From: an uncultured Chloroflexia bacterium
GTDB lineage: Bacteria > Chloroflexota > Anaerolineae > Anaerolineales > UBA4823
Direction of reading: 5' to 3'
Assembly (NCBI GenBank): GCA_963726375.1
Contig: CAVSCE010000010.1
Location: forward strand, 30,351 to 94,350
Length of the DNA: 64,000 nucleotides
The notes beneath the pieces are model-generated. The model was not told the origin of the DNA. It was given only the letters and a program-made list of their open reading frames with translations, and did no database searches. The translations under genes were made by a program, and so were the position numbers. Position 1 is the stretch's first letter. Each line of letters starts with the position of its first letter. This document shows positions 1 through 10,500 of the stretch, piece after piece.

Positions 1-173
1 CCTTCGGTCGGTTTATAAAAACCAGTTACAACATTGAATACCGTCGTCTTACCAGATCCATTCGGACCAATTAATCCGGCAATTCTGCCTTGCTGCAATT
101 CCATGTTGAAGTCTGATACTGCTACCAGGCCGCCGAATCGCATGGTTAGATGATTAATTGTCAGGATAGTCAC
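1..173 (-). CDS. livG: Branched-chain amino acid ABC transporter ATP-binding protein (5' part, runs off the window)
   Basis: Manual translation MTILTINHLTMRFGGLVAVSDF...GLIGPNGSGKTTVFN, with Walker A and the LivG-type FGGLxAV start; follows livM. Confidence 0.85.
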   Translation of the reverse strand, partial: MTILTINHLTMRFGGLVAVSDFNMELQQGRIAGLIGPNGSGKTTVFNVVTGFYKPTE

Positions 174-182
174 TGGTCTCAC

Positions 183-1235
183 CTAATCTACAGGTTTTTT
201 CTTGAAGATTCGCCGGGGATCGAGCCAGCTCCAGGAAAATTCTCGACCTCCCAGCACACCATTGCGTGCAAAAAGGATTAAGAACAAAAGCATCGCTGCA
301 AAGAAAAGCTGGCGCAGCCCAGGTAGGCCGGGAAAATCATAAGAGAAAATCATGCGCGGCGCTTCCACCGATCGAAGCACCTCGGACATGATCGTATAAA
401 TCCCTGCAGCAATGATCCCACCCGAGAGGCTGCGAATCCCTCCGAGGATGGCTATCGTGATGACTGCATAAGTAAGCGCTGGACGGAAGGTATTTGGATC
501 AATCGTCCCAAGAATTTCGGCCATAAGACCGCCGGCAATCCCTCCAAAAAAGGCCGAGAGCACAAAAGCCATGGTTTTATGACGGTAGAGGTTTACGCCA
601 ACAGCTTCGGCGGCAATTTCGTCGTCTCGCACGCATTTCAAGGCGCGACCGTAACTGCTGTTAATCAATCGGTGGGTGACGAAAACAACGATTATCACAA
701 TCCCAACAGTCCAGCTGAGGCTGCTTAAGTATGGGATGCCTTTGAGCCCCATTGCACCGTTGGTAATTCTTGGGATATTGATCAGCACCATGCGGATGAT
801 TTCAGAGAAACCAAAGGTTACGATCAGCAGGTAATCTCCATGCAGCCGCAGTGCAGGCGCGCCGATAATAAAACCGACCAGTGCTGCCAGCAGACCGCCG
901 AGGATTAACGCGGGTAGAAACGGCCATTCTGCGTTGGCGATCACTGGCAGCGGAGGCGCGAGCAGGAAGCTGATCTCCTTTGCCTCGGGAGGGAGCGTCA
1001 GCAAAGCCACTGTATAGGCGCCGATTGCCGCAAAACCTGCCTGAGCGAGCGAGAATTGACCCGTGATCCCGTAGATCAAATCAAAGCCCACAACCATGAT
1101 GATATAGATCCCCCACATGTTAAATATCCGGATGACGAAGTCGTCGAATAGGCTCTCTGCAAAATAAGTGACAATCATCAATCCTGCCAGGACCAGGATC
1201 GATAGTATTCTTGGAATATTCTTTCGAATGGTCAT
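183..1235 (-). CDS. livM: Branched-chain amino acid ABC transporter permease
   Basis: Hydrophobic 350 aa ORF with GQFSLAQAGF, LRLHGDYL and GRALKCVRDDEIAAEAVGVN motifs. Confidence 0.92.
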   Translation of the reverse strand: MTIRKNIPRILSILVLAGLMIVTYFAESLFDDFVIRIFNMWGIYIIMVVGFDLIYGITGQFSLAQAGFAAIGAYTVALLTLPPEAKEISFLLAPPLPVIANAEWPFLPALILGGLLAALVGFIIGAPALRLHGDYLLIVTFGFSEIIRMVLINIPRITNGAMGLKGIPYLSSLSWTVGIVIIVVFVTHRLINSSYGRALKCVRDDEIAAEAVGVNLYRHKTMAFVLSAFFGGIAGGLMAEILGTIDPNTFRPALTYAVITIAILGGIRSLSGGIIAAGIYTIMSEVLRSVEAPRMIFSYDFPGLPGLRQLFFAAMLLFLILFARNGVLGGREFSWSWLDPRRIFKKKPVD

Positions 1236-1236
1236 T

Positions 1237-2130
1237 TCAGACTTTCTCCTCCCTGACGCGAACGTTGAAAATCCCGCCCGGTCTAAAAATCAGGAAGAGG
1301 ATGAGCAGCCCGTAGGCCATGATGTCTCGCCATTGGGTCAATTCAGGGAATGCTGCAACGATCATAATTTCCCCCATTCCAAGCAAGAAACCGCCAACCA
1401 TGGCGCCTGGGATGCTGCCGATCCCACCGATCACAGCACCGACGAATGCCTTCAGGCCTGGGATTACACCTGTGAAGGGATCCACGTATGGAAATTTAGA
1501 ACAGTACATGAATGCGCCTATAGCTGCAAATGTGGTGCTTAGAATAAAAGCATAAGCGATGATCCTGTTCGGATTGACACCCATGAGCTGCGATACTTCC
1601 GGGTCCTTCGAAATGGACCGCATCGCTCGGCCAACATTGGTGTGAACGATTAGAAAGTAAAGCAAGATAAACAGGACAATGGAAACGATCACAATCCCGA
1701 TATTTACAACCGGAACAGCAACCGTTCCGTAATTCAATACTTCATCGAAGAGTTTCGGGTGAGGAAATGGTTTGGCTCGAGCAGTGAAGAGGACGACAAA
1801 TAAGTTCTGCAGTAAAAACGAAACGCTTATTGCGCCGATAAATGATGATGTTTTTTGTTTTCGGAGAGGGCGGTAAGCGACCCTATCCACAAGCAGTCCT
1901 AAAAGGACGACCAGAATTGCCGCGATAAAAAAAGAGACATACCAGGTCTGGTTGTACCGCATCACCCCCCACATCGTTAAGAATGCTGCAACCATAAAGA
2001 ATTCGCCGTGCGCGGCATTGATTAATTGGACAACACCATAGATGATCGTGTAGCCGATCGCAATCAATGCATACAGGCTTCCGAGTGCGATCCCATTGAC
2101 AAGGAACTGTAAAAATAGTTCAAAGTTCAT
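1237..2130 (-). CDS. livH: Branched-chain amino acid ABC transporter permease
   Basis: NGIALGSLYALIAIGYTIIYG...INAAHGE, GLKAFVGAVIGGIGSIPGA and C-terminal RPGG. Confidence 0.93.
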   Translation of the reverse strand: MNFELFLQFLVNGIALGSLYALIAIGYTIIYGVVQLINAAHGEFFMVAAFLTMWGVMRYNQTWYVSFFIAAILVVLLGLLVDRVAYRPLRKQKTSSFIGAISVSFLLQNLFVVLFTARAKPFPHPKLFDEVLNYGTVAVPVVNIGIVIVSIVLFILLYFLIVHTNVGRAMRSISKDPEVSQLMGVNPNRIIAYAFILSTTFAAIGAFMYCSKFPYVDPFTGVIPGLKAFVGAVIGGIGSIPGAMVGGFLLGMGEIMIVAAFPELTQWRDIMAYGLLILFLIFRPGGIFNVRVREEKV

Positions 2131-2163
2131 TTGAACCTCGAATTTCTTTCCAAATAAAAATTT

Positions 2164-2198
2164 GGGGTTTTGCGAAAGTGCTCTTCACGCAAAACCCC
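2164..2198. terminator. Stem-loop between the solute-binding gene and the permeases (partial terminator or mRNA stabiliser)
   Basis: GGGGTTTTGCG...CGCAAAACCCC inverted repeat; the A-rich left flank reads as a U-tract on the minus strand. Confidence 0.6.
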
Positions 2199-2220
2199 AT
2201 CTTCGATGCTCTAAGGTTTC

Positions 2221-3442
2221 TTACTGCGGCGGTTGGACGATATAGCGGAAGGTTTTCTTCCCATCGTTAATTTCAATTACCGGAACCCCAAGGATTGCGT
2301 TGTGGTTCTCGTCAAACTTGGTCAAACCGCGCGGCGCCGGTGAATGCAGTCGCAACCAATGCTTCATACAGTTTTTCCGGGTCAAGCGATCCTGCTCGCT
2401 CGATCGCATCCAACAGCAGCATATAGCCGTCATACCCGGTTACAGAGAATGTCTCGGGATCGATCCCGTATTTTGTCCTGAATGCATCAACAAACTGCTT
2501 GGATTCGGGATTGGTGAAAGCTTCAGGGTGGAATTGGGCCGTATACATAAAGCCTTCGGCATTCTCGCCGGCAATTTCAACCAGCTCCGGGACGTCAGCA
2601 GAATCGCCAGCCAGGAACTTCGCCGTGATCCCGAGCTGCTTTGCCTGCTGTAAGATCGCGCCGAGTTCAGCATACTCGTTTGGGGCAAAGACGATATCAG
2701 GATTGAGCGATTTGATCTGCGTCAGTTGGGCTGTAAAATCGCGGTCCCCTGTTTGGAAGGACAGGTAGGCTAAAACAGCTTTTTCATTTTCGGTGTACTT
2801 GATGAAGTTCTGGCGGAAATAATTCGCCAGACCCACCGGGTAGTCGAGGGCGATATCGACCAAAAGTACCGCTGTCTTTGCTTTCAGCTCTTCAACCGCG
2901 AATTTGGCGCCGGCTTCTCCCTGGAAAGGATCGATGAAGGCAGCCCGGAAGGCATACCGTTTCCCTTGTGTAACCAGGGGGTTGGTTGCCGCAGTCGCCA
3001 TGGAGATGACTTTCGATTTTTCAAGGACTTCATTTTGAGCCATGGACATCGAGCTGGAATTGACCCCCAGGACAGCTGCTACGTTCTCCACTTCGACCAG
3101 GCGTTGGGCAGCAAGGGCAGCTTCGCTTTTTTCGCTCTTGTTATCAACAAGCACGAGCTCGACTTTCTTTCCCAGGACTTCTGGCTTCTGCTCATGGGCA
3201 AGTTGGGCGCCTTTCCAGGTCATGTCGCCGTAGGCTGCTCCCCAGCCGGTCATCGTTTCGTTGACCCCTATTTTGATGACATCCGGGAGTACTTCTTCGG
3301 CTGGTTTCTCTTCAACGGGTTGGGCAGGTTGTGCTTCGGTTGCGGCTGGTGCCTGCTCTGCAGGTGCCGCTGGGGCACAGGCAGAAAGCAGCATGGTTAG
3401 CGCCAGCATAAGACTGGCTATCTGGACGGCAAATTTCTTCAT
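2221..3442 (-). CDS. Branched-chain amino acid ABC transporter substrate-binding lipoprotein (LivJ/LivK family; frameshift near 2330)
   Basis: Lipobox LLSAC, Ala/Pro linker, IKIGV...ELVLVDNKS, DFTAQLTQIKS; the C-terminus continues in ORF 2221..2433 (KFDENHNA). Confidence 0.9.
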
Positions 3443-3619
3443 AGCTCTCCTCCTAACACTTTCTAGATTTTATCTTGCTACTTCTTGGATGTTTATAAAT
3501 GTGTGATTTATGAATGACTGATAAATCTTCACGAATTAAGTTTAATGGGTAGTGATTATTCTGTCAACCAGTATTGACTGAACTTTGGACAAGAGTTTGG
3601 ACAACATCAGGGATTACAT

Positions 3620-3763
3620 GTCTTTGCGAGCCGCAAGTGCTCTTCTTGCGGCGTGGCAATCTCCTGTTTGACGGGATTGCTCCACAAAGATCGTCTCGAA
3701 GAACTGCAGGTGGACAGGTTCGCAAAAACCGTCCACGAAAGACGTGGACAGGCTCGCAATGAC
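3620..3763. repeat. Palindromic GTCATTGCGA...GCAATC-type repeat element carrying two nested CCTGTCCAC...GTGGA inserts
   Basis: Ends GTCTTTGCGAGC and GCTCGCAATGAC are inverted; internal GCAATC/GATTGC stem; inserts at 3681-3718 and 3732-3752. Confidence 0.7.
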
Positions 3764-3908
3764 CCTTTAATGAAGGTATGTCCGAATTATTGTCTTAACC
3801 TCAGGTATTGAGGTCATAAATGTAGATAGGATCGTGGGATGCACCCGCCCAGACCGCAAAAAACTGATGAAATCCCTCTCTATTATTTATCGCATTGGTT
3901 CAACCAAT

Positions 3909-5183
3909 TCACCCGCCCAGCTCCACCGCCAGCACGTCGTAATAAGTCCCCGCCCCAAATCCGTCGATCAGGACGTGGTCGCCGGCACGCAGGTTCTGCA
4001 GCTGGCGCAGGAACGCGATCATGTTCGACGCCGCGCTCACGTTGCCGAACTCGTCCAGCAGCCACGGCATCGGGATCCGGATTCCCTCTTTCTGCAGGTG
4101 CTTCTCCTTGAGCTGGTTGATCTTAAAGTTGGCGTGGTGCACGATCGCGACCCGCAGCTCGTGGTTGGAAGTGTGCAGCGCCTCCATTCGCAGGCGGTAG
4201 GCGGCGTAAGCTTCTTGAACCGTCTGCACGCCGCTGCGCACGAACAGCTTGACCATCCCCATCGGTCCCGCCATCACCAGCGGGGCGTCGGTCTCAGGCT
4301 CGTGCATCAGCCCGGCAACCCGGTAGTGGTTGCGGCCGCTCTGCGATGCCTCCGCCAGCGGCAGGTCCTCCCGCCGTTCGCGCGAGTGCGGGTAGAACAT
4401 CCGCACCTGCAGCACCCCTTCTTCGTCGTAGGTCTCGTGCGTCGCCCCTGCCAGGAAGCGCAGCGACTCGCCGGGAACCACGCCGATCACACCGGCTCCG
4501 TTCCCAAACAGCTGGACCGCGTTGCTGTCCCTCGAGACGATCAGGAACCGGCTCAGCCCTTCGACTCCGCCGACCAGCACCTTCTTGCCCTGCAGCTCCT
4601 CGGCCAGGTTCAGCCCCATCCGCTCGTGGATGCTCAGCAGCGGGTTGAGCGCCATGTGCAGCCCGGCGACCGAGCTGTCGCAGGCCTTATGCACGCTCAT
4701 CTTCAGTGCGCCTTCTCGTATGCCTGCCTTCTTGGCAACCACCTCGGTGAAATCCTCGCTCGCCGGTCCGCTCACCCCCAGCACGACCGCATCCACATCC
4801 TTCGTCGTCCAGCCGTTCGCCTCGGCCGCCGCCTGCAGGAACCGGGCGCCGACCTCGACTTCTAATTGAAAATGCTGCTCAGGAGTAAGAAACGGTACGT
4901 GGTGCCGGCGGTTGAACCCCAGCTCGGAGAGGTTCAGCCTCATGCTCTGATCCAACGGGCTGCCCAGCCGCTCTTCGATCAGCCGCGGCAGCTCCTGGTT
5001 GTCAAAGCTCTGCCCCCAGGTCCCATAAGCGCCTCCGATCCCGACCTGCGGGTTCGAGACTCGCTCGATCCCGATCGGGACGCCCTCGCCGTACGGCAGC
5101 ACTTCGACTTTCACGTTCGGCTTATCAAAAAAGGAGGGTGTCCCCTCCCGGTTTTCGTCCTGTCCTTCTAACATGATCGCCAT
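3909..5183 (-). CDS. 3-oxoacyl-ACP synthase III (FabH)-like thiolase-fold enzyme
   Basis: Catalytic triad motifs KACDSS (Cys), HHAN (His), FGNVSAAS (Asn); LFGNGAG; C-terminal GFGAG. Confidence 0.8.
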   Translation of the reverse strand: MAIMLEGQDENREGTPSFFDKPNVKVEVLPYGEGVPIGIERVSNPQVGIGGAYGTWGQSFDNQELPRLIEERLGSPLDQSMRLNLSELGFNRRHHVPFLTPEQHFQLEVEVGARFLQAAAEANGWTTKDVDAVVLGVSGPASEDFTEVVAKKAGIREGALKMSVHKACDSSVAGLHMALNPLLSIHERMGLNLAEELQGKKVLVGGVEGLSRFLIVSRDSNAVQLFGNGAGVIGVVPGESLRFLAGATHETYDEEGVLQVRMFYPHSRERREDLPLAEASQSGRNHYRVAGLMHEPETDAPLVMAGPMGMVKLFVRSGVQTVQEAYAAYRLRMEALHTSNHELRVAIVHHANFKINQLKEKHLQKEGIRIPMPWLLDEFGNVSAASNMIAFLRQLQNLRAGDHVLIDGFGAGTYYDVLAVELGG

Positions 5184-5306
5184 CCTTGCACCAATAGGGT
5201 CTCAAAGCTAGTTTCTATCGATATTTGTAAAAAGAAAACACTTGATCTCCGGATTCGTTCCGTTTGAGTCCGCGCCTGAAACCCCCTCGGACGCGATCCA
5301 ACCGAA

Positions 5307-5344
5307 TTCCCCTCTGCCTCAGGGAGAGGGGTAGGGGTGAGGGC
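5307..5344. repeat. REP-like palindrome CCCCTCT...AGAGGGG-GGGGTGAGGG
   Basis: Near-identical copy at 58387-58425. Confidence 0.7.
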
Positions 5345-5346
5345 TC

Positions 5347-5646
5347 TCACTTGATATCGCTGAACACAACCTCCCCGTCGTGCCACTCCGGCTCGCCTTC
5401 CAGCAGCTTGACGAACTCCTTGTATCGCGCTTCCTGCTTGGGGTCGTCGGCATTGAGAAAATAGCTCTCGCGCAAATCAAACAGCACCGCCATGTACACC
5501 TCGGTCGGATCCTTATCCATCTGGAAGAAGGTTTGGCCGCAATACCCTGCGATCCCGGCCTCCAATTCAGCCTGTACCAGCTTCTTGAGCGCCTCAAGCT
5601 TACCTGGTTTTACTCGTATTCGTGCAACCGTCCCGTACATATCCAC
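5347..5646 (-). CDS. Small dimeric alpha+beta barrel protein (antibiotic biosynthesis monooxygenase-like)
   Basis: MYGTVARIRVKPGK start, 99 aa, GGAGG ribosome-binding site upstream. Confidence 0.65.
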   Translation of the reverse strand: MDMYGTVARIRVKPGKLEALKKLVQAELEAGIAGYCGQTFFQMDKDPTEVYMAVLFDLRESYFLNADDPKQEARYKEFVKLLEGEPEWHDGEVVFSDIK

Positions 5647-5817
5647 CTCCAGTTCTGCGTGCCTTGTTCCCGGCTCGAGCCTTGCCCCGAGCAGTCTCAG
5701 GGACTTGACCGGGCTTTTGACCTGATTATCCGCTGAATGGATAGTATCATTATAGGGTGATTATACCCCATAATAGGACAATAATTATCTTAATAAGATA
5801 AATTATAGGAGGCTTCA

Positions 5818-6267
5818 TTGCTGAGCGCTCGTTTCATCTCATTATTTTCGTTGGGGGTCCTCACCGGCGCCGCCCTGGCGGTGCAGAGCGTGCTCAATAC
5901 TGCGTTGGGTAAGCGAGTCGGCGTTTTCGGCACGCTGCTCGTCTTGACCGTGGTTGGTATCACGACCTCAGTCCTGCTGGCGTGGGCTTTCCCATCCGAA
6001 GCCAGGCTCCGGAACCTGCCGGGACGCGATGAGTGGTACCTGTACCTGGGGGCGTTCCTGGGGATTGCGATCATGATGGCGCCGGTGCTGCTGGTGCCGC
6101 GCATCGGTGCGACTGCGACCCTGACCGCGATGGTCTTCGGGCAGCTCGTGCTTGCGCTGGTGATGGACCATTTCGGCGTGCTGGGGATCCCGAAGATCGA
6201 GGTGAACGCGGCGCGCGCCGCAGGAGTGGCGTTCCTGGTGCTCGGCGCCTACCTGATCAGCCGCTGA
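5818..6267 (+). CDS. DMT-family small membrane transporter (YdcZ/DUF606-like)
   Basis: AVQSVLNTALG, PRIGATAT, GQLVLALVMDHFG motifs; about 5 TM helices. Confidence 0.85.
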   Translation: MLSARFISLFSLGVLTGAALAVQSVLNTALGKRVGVFGTLLVLTVVGITTSVLLAWAFPSEARLRNLPGRDEWYLYLGAFLGIAIMMAPVLLVPRIGATATLTAMVFGQLVLALVMDHFGVLGIPKIEVNAARAAGVAFLVLGAYLISR

Positions 6268-6784
6268 CCGGATGAAAGATCTTCTCGCCGGCCCGGATCG
6301 GGGCCTTCAGCCGGTTCTCGAACGGCGTCAGCGGGCAGGACCAGCGTTCGTTGTAAGCGCAGTAGGGATTGTAGGCCATGTTGAAGTCCACCAGCAGCCG
6401 GCTGCCGGGCTGCAGCTGCGGCTCCAGGTAGCGCCCGGCGGGGTACGTCTCGCTCCCGGCCAGGCTGTCGGCAAACGGTAAAAAGAAGCCGTCATCGCTG
6501 GAAAAAACCGTCAGCCTCAGAGTCTGCTCGTCGACTTCGAATTCCACCTGTCCAAGCCGCCGGTACGTCTGGACGTCGCCTGTGGAAGTCTGCATCTCGA
6601 CCTCCTGAAAATCGGGAAAGGTCCGCAGCTCGAGTGTGAAGCGCAGGGCCGGGTTGTATGGAAAATACTTCAACCCGTTGAATTCGGCCTGCTGCTCTCG
6701 GGTGAGCGGGCTCTGAGGGGGGTGAGCAAAAGCCTCGTCCTTTTTCCGGCGAAATTCGGCCAGATCGGCCTCGAAATGGTCCAT
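6257..6784 (-). CDS. DUF1684 family protein
   Basis: FLPFAD...ETYPAGRYL and DFNMAYNPYCAYN...SCP...N.L..I.AGEK. Confidence 0.85.
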   Translation of the reverse strand: MDHFEADLAEFRRKKDEAFAHPPQSPLTREQQAEFNGLKYFPYNPALRFTLELRTFPDFQEVEMQTSTGDVQTYRRLGQVEFEVDEQTLRLTVFSSDDGFFLPFADSLAGSETYPAGRYLEPQLQPGSRLLVDFNMAYNPYCAYNERWSCPLTPFENRLKAPIRAGEKIFHPVSG

Positions 6785-6880
6785 CGTGCTGCTCCTCAGA
6801 TAAATAAGACTGAACTACTCTGATATATTACTACAAATCCAGGGAAATTTGTTTTCGAAAATCAAAAAATCTTCAAGCTC

Positions 6881-7471
6881 GATGGCAAAGCCAGGTGAAA
6901 AGCCTGCCACGTCAGCCAGGGTCCGCTGCCGCTCTTCACCGACTACTCCTTCGACAACCTGGGCGTCCCAAAGAATCCTGAGAACCCGATATATGTTGAA
7001 CATCCCGACTTCGTCGACCCGGGTCTGGGCGGTTTTTTGGAGGCGGCAGGTTATTCCGAGGCGGAATACATGGCGGAGTGGGGCAAGCACAAGGTGCCCA
7101 CCCTCCGCAACGTCGACATGCGGCCGATGCCGGATGCCGTCAAAGCCTTCGGGCACAACGGCTACTTCAAATCGCTGGAAGGGATCGTACACTTTTACAA
7201 CACCCGCGATGTCCTCCCGGTCTGCCCTGGGCATTACACGGAGGCCGAAGCCCTGGCTGCAAACTGCTGGCCTGCGCCGGAAGTTGCGGTCAACGTCAAC
7301 ACCGCCGAGCTGGGAAACCTGGGGTTGAGCATGGACGAAGAAGCGGCTCTCGTCGCTTACATGAAGACGCTCAGCGACGGCTACGTCCCTGCGCCGGTCT
7401 CGATGGATCGCTTCTGGGGCGAAGTCAATCTGAGCCTTGAAATGCTCTATCTGCCTTCAGTGCAGCACTAG
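6881..7471 (+). pseudogene. 5'-truncated di-heme cytochrome c peroxidase/MauG-like fragment
   Basis: DGKAR*KACH...FTDYSFDNLGVP...KVPTLRNV...FGHNGYFKSLEGIVHFYN...LVAYMKTLSDG; in-frame TGA at 6896; N-terminal part absent; ends LYLPSVQH. Confidence 0.75.
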
Positions 7472-7507
7472 CTTTTCCCTCTTTCTCTATCTTCTGATAA
7501 ATTAACC

Positions 7508-7540
7508 AGACCTGGCAGGTTTCTGAAACCTGCCAGGTCT
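7508..7540. terminator. Palindrome between convergent genes (REP-like or bidirectional terminator)
   Basis: AGACCTGGCAGGTTT-CTG-AAACCTGCCAGGTCT; a related hairpin lies at about 12817-12848. Confidence 0.65.
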
Positions 7541-7591
7541 TTGATTAGTAAAGTTGTCACTTCTCAACGTCGGAATGCTCCGACCTTCCAG

Positions 7592-10500
7592 CTATCTTTG
7601 CACCACCGGTAAATAGAGGTACTGCTGAAGATACTCCTCAACCTTTACGCTCATGGTATAGGTCTGGTTCAAATCCAGCCCTTCAACCGGAAACAGCTCC
7701 AGGTAGTAGCGGATTCCGTCTGGCGGCAGCGTGAATTCGCCGGTCTCGGAGCGGCTCTGCATCCCCTGCAGGGACGAATTTGCGAAAGGCGCCGGCTTGA
7801 AGCTCAAATTCTGGCTCAGCAGCTCCCCTGCGCCGGACTTCGTCCGCTCGACCACCTTCCCGCTGCTGTCCACGATCTGGGCGTAGAAGCCCGCCTGCGA
7901 GATCAGGTCGATCTGCTGTCGGTAAGCCGGATCGATAGTTCCGCCCCCGCACATCGCGCAGCCCGGGAGCGGGAAGCGGATCGGGCTGTCCCGGTTGTAC
8001 TTCAGCGTGAGCATTTTCAACATCTCCGTCATGATATCGACGTCGTCCTGGTCGCAGGCCCAGCCCTTCCCATCTCCGTCGATATCTCGCTGGTCGGGGT
8101 TGTAGGCCTCCCGGCAGTTGTCTGCCGCGTCCAGGATCCCGTCGTTGTCGTCGTCGTCGTCGCAGGAGTTGCCCTTGCCGTCCTTGTCTGGATCGCTGTT
8201 ATCCGTTCCGGAGAAATTCGGGCATAAATCGCAGGCGTCCCCGAACGGATCGCCGTCGCTGTTCGCCTGATTGGAGTTTGAAACCAGCGAGCAGTTATCA
8301 TACCAGTCGCTGACCATATCGTTATCGTCGTCGTTGTCGCATGCGTCGCCATTCCCGTCAGCGTCGGTGTCCAGCTGGTCGTGGTTGGTGACCAGCGGGC
8401 AGTTGTCCTGGGCGTCTGGGATCAGGTCGTTGTCGTCGTTGTCGTCGCAGGCGTCGCCCTGTCCGTCCGTGTTGGTATCGCTCTGGAGCGGGTTGCTCAC
8501 CAGAGGGCAGTTGTCCGCCGCGTCCAGGTCGCCGTCGTTGTCGTCGTCCGTATCGCACTCGTCACCCTGGCCGTCCTTGTCGGTGTTCATCTGGTCCGGG
8601 TTGGATTTCAGCGGGCAGTTGTCCTGGTTGTTGGAGACCTTGTCGCCGTCCTGGTCGGGGTCGACGTTATTCTCTGTCCCGTCGCAGTCCAGGTCGCCGT
8701 TCCCCAGGTCGACTGCGAAGTAGCCGTTGCGCACGTAGCAGAGGTGGTTGTTCGTGAAGCCGTTCGTGCCCTGCTGGGCCATCTCAGTCGCCGCCGCGAC
8801 CGCCGCGTTGCGGGCGTCCAGCATGCTCGCGTTCGAAGTCAGCCGCTTGAGCGTCTTGTAGAAAAGCACCCGCGCCCGCCAGATGCTGATCCCGCCTGAC
8901 GGGATACGCACGCCATTGAAATCCCCGCCCTCTGTGATGAGGTAGGCAGCCTTGTTCTGGATCCCGCTGTTTATGTGTACGCCGCCGTTGTCCCAGGCGG
9001 TGCCCGGCTAGGACTCTGATTGGTGCTGTTGTACCGGTCAGGCTGAACTGGCCAGGATTTCGTTGGATCAGCCATATCGCGCCACTGGCCGCCCGGGGTG
9101 TCTTCCCCAATCATCCACTCACCTTCCACAAATGCGCCGTTGATATCCGCAAAGCTCTCGTCCAGCACGCCGGATTGGTCCTTGTATACCAGGTCAGCAG
9201 TATAGTCGTTGACCCCGTGGCTGAACTCATGCCCCACAACATCCTGCGTTGCCTGACCGTCCCCAAATTCGAAGAAGTCGCAGCCTCCCAGCCAATGTGC
9301 GTTCGTCCAGTTGGTGCCGACGTTCATGTAGAATTGGATATCGTCCCCGTCGTCGTCGTAGGAATCGCGCCCCAGGTAGTTCTGCCAGTAGTTGTAGACG
9401 TTCTTGATGTAGTTGTAAGCGTTGATCCCTTCCTGGGTCGCGTCGCTGTTGCAGCCGTCCTCGTCGCACCAGTGGTCGTCGTCGGTCGTCCACCAGTAGT
9501 GGTGGCAGTAGTTCCCGGCCCCGGAGTTGTGGTTGACGGTCTCGATGTCGAGGTCAAAGCCCATCTTGCTGCGAGGCTGCTGGAAGCGCAGCCTGCCTGT
9601 GCTCGCGTCGATGTACAGCTCCTCCCCCCGTTCTGGCTGAGGGCGACCATCCAGGTCAGGTAGGTGCGCGGGTTATCGCCGTGGAACAGGCTGCGGTTCA
9701 GCAGCCTGAGCTGGTCCTCGGAGATGACGGCAGCTCCCGGCTCGCCGAGCGCCAGCGCGATCTGCCTGGCCCGCTCGGCGGGGATCTGCGGGGTCGGGTC
9801 CAGCCTCAGATCGCTCAGGTAGCTCCCGCTCAGCCCGGTGATGTGATCGCCCAGGAAATGGATGTTAATCTCGGACCCAAGCACCGGGATGCCCGCGTAG
9901 CGCTGGCGGAAGAACAGGTCAGCCTCGTCCTCCGACAGGCGAACGAGCTGCAGCTCTGTCTCCGGATCGGAGATCCGCAGCACGTCGGAATAGGACTGCG
10001 TGAACCACAGCGCCCGCCCGAGTGAATCGGTGTATACGGACGGCGGGGTGATATCGAATGATCCAAACCGCACCGCGCCGCTCTCGCCGAGCTGGATCGT
10101 CGCCTCGCTGCTCGAATCCTCGTTCAGGCGTTCAATCCCAGTCATCTGGCGGTCGTTAAGTTCCTGGTAGGAGCGCGGCGGAGGCTCGACGACCGGCGAG
10201 CATCTCACCACCAGCCGCGGCGGGGTGGCGGACTCCCGGCTGAAGAAATTGAAGTCCAGCTGCTCGTCCCCGGGGATCAGCGCCAGGCTGGTCGGGTGGA
10301 AGACCTGGGTTGCCCACAGGTTGACCAGCGTCGAGACGTCCACCCGCAGGTAGACCGGCTCGGTCTCGCTCCAGATCGGGCTGTAAGATTTCGTGCCAGA
10401 CTCGTATCCGGTCGGCGGCTGGTTGTCCCAGGTGACCGTATATTCATCCCACTCCTGCGGCAGGCTGGCAGTCCCGAGCAGCAGCGACTGAGATGGGAGG

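Noticed and set aside
3583-3604. TTTGGACAA direct repeat as an operator for the liv operon
   Set aside because: Only two short copies and no cognate regulator nearby, too weak to call.
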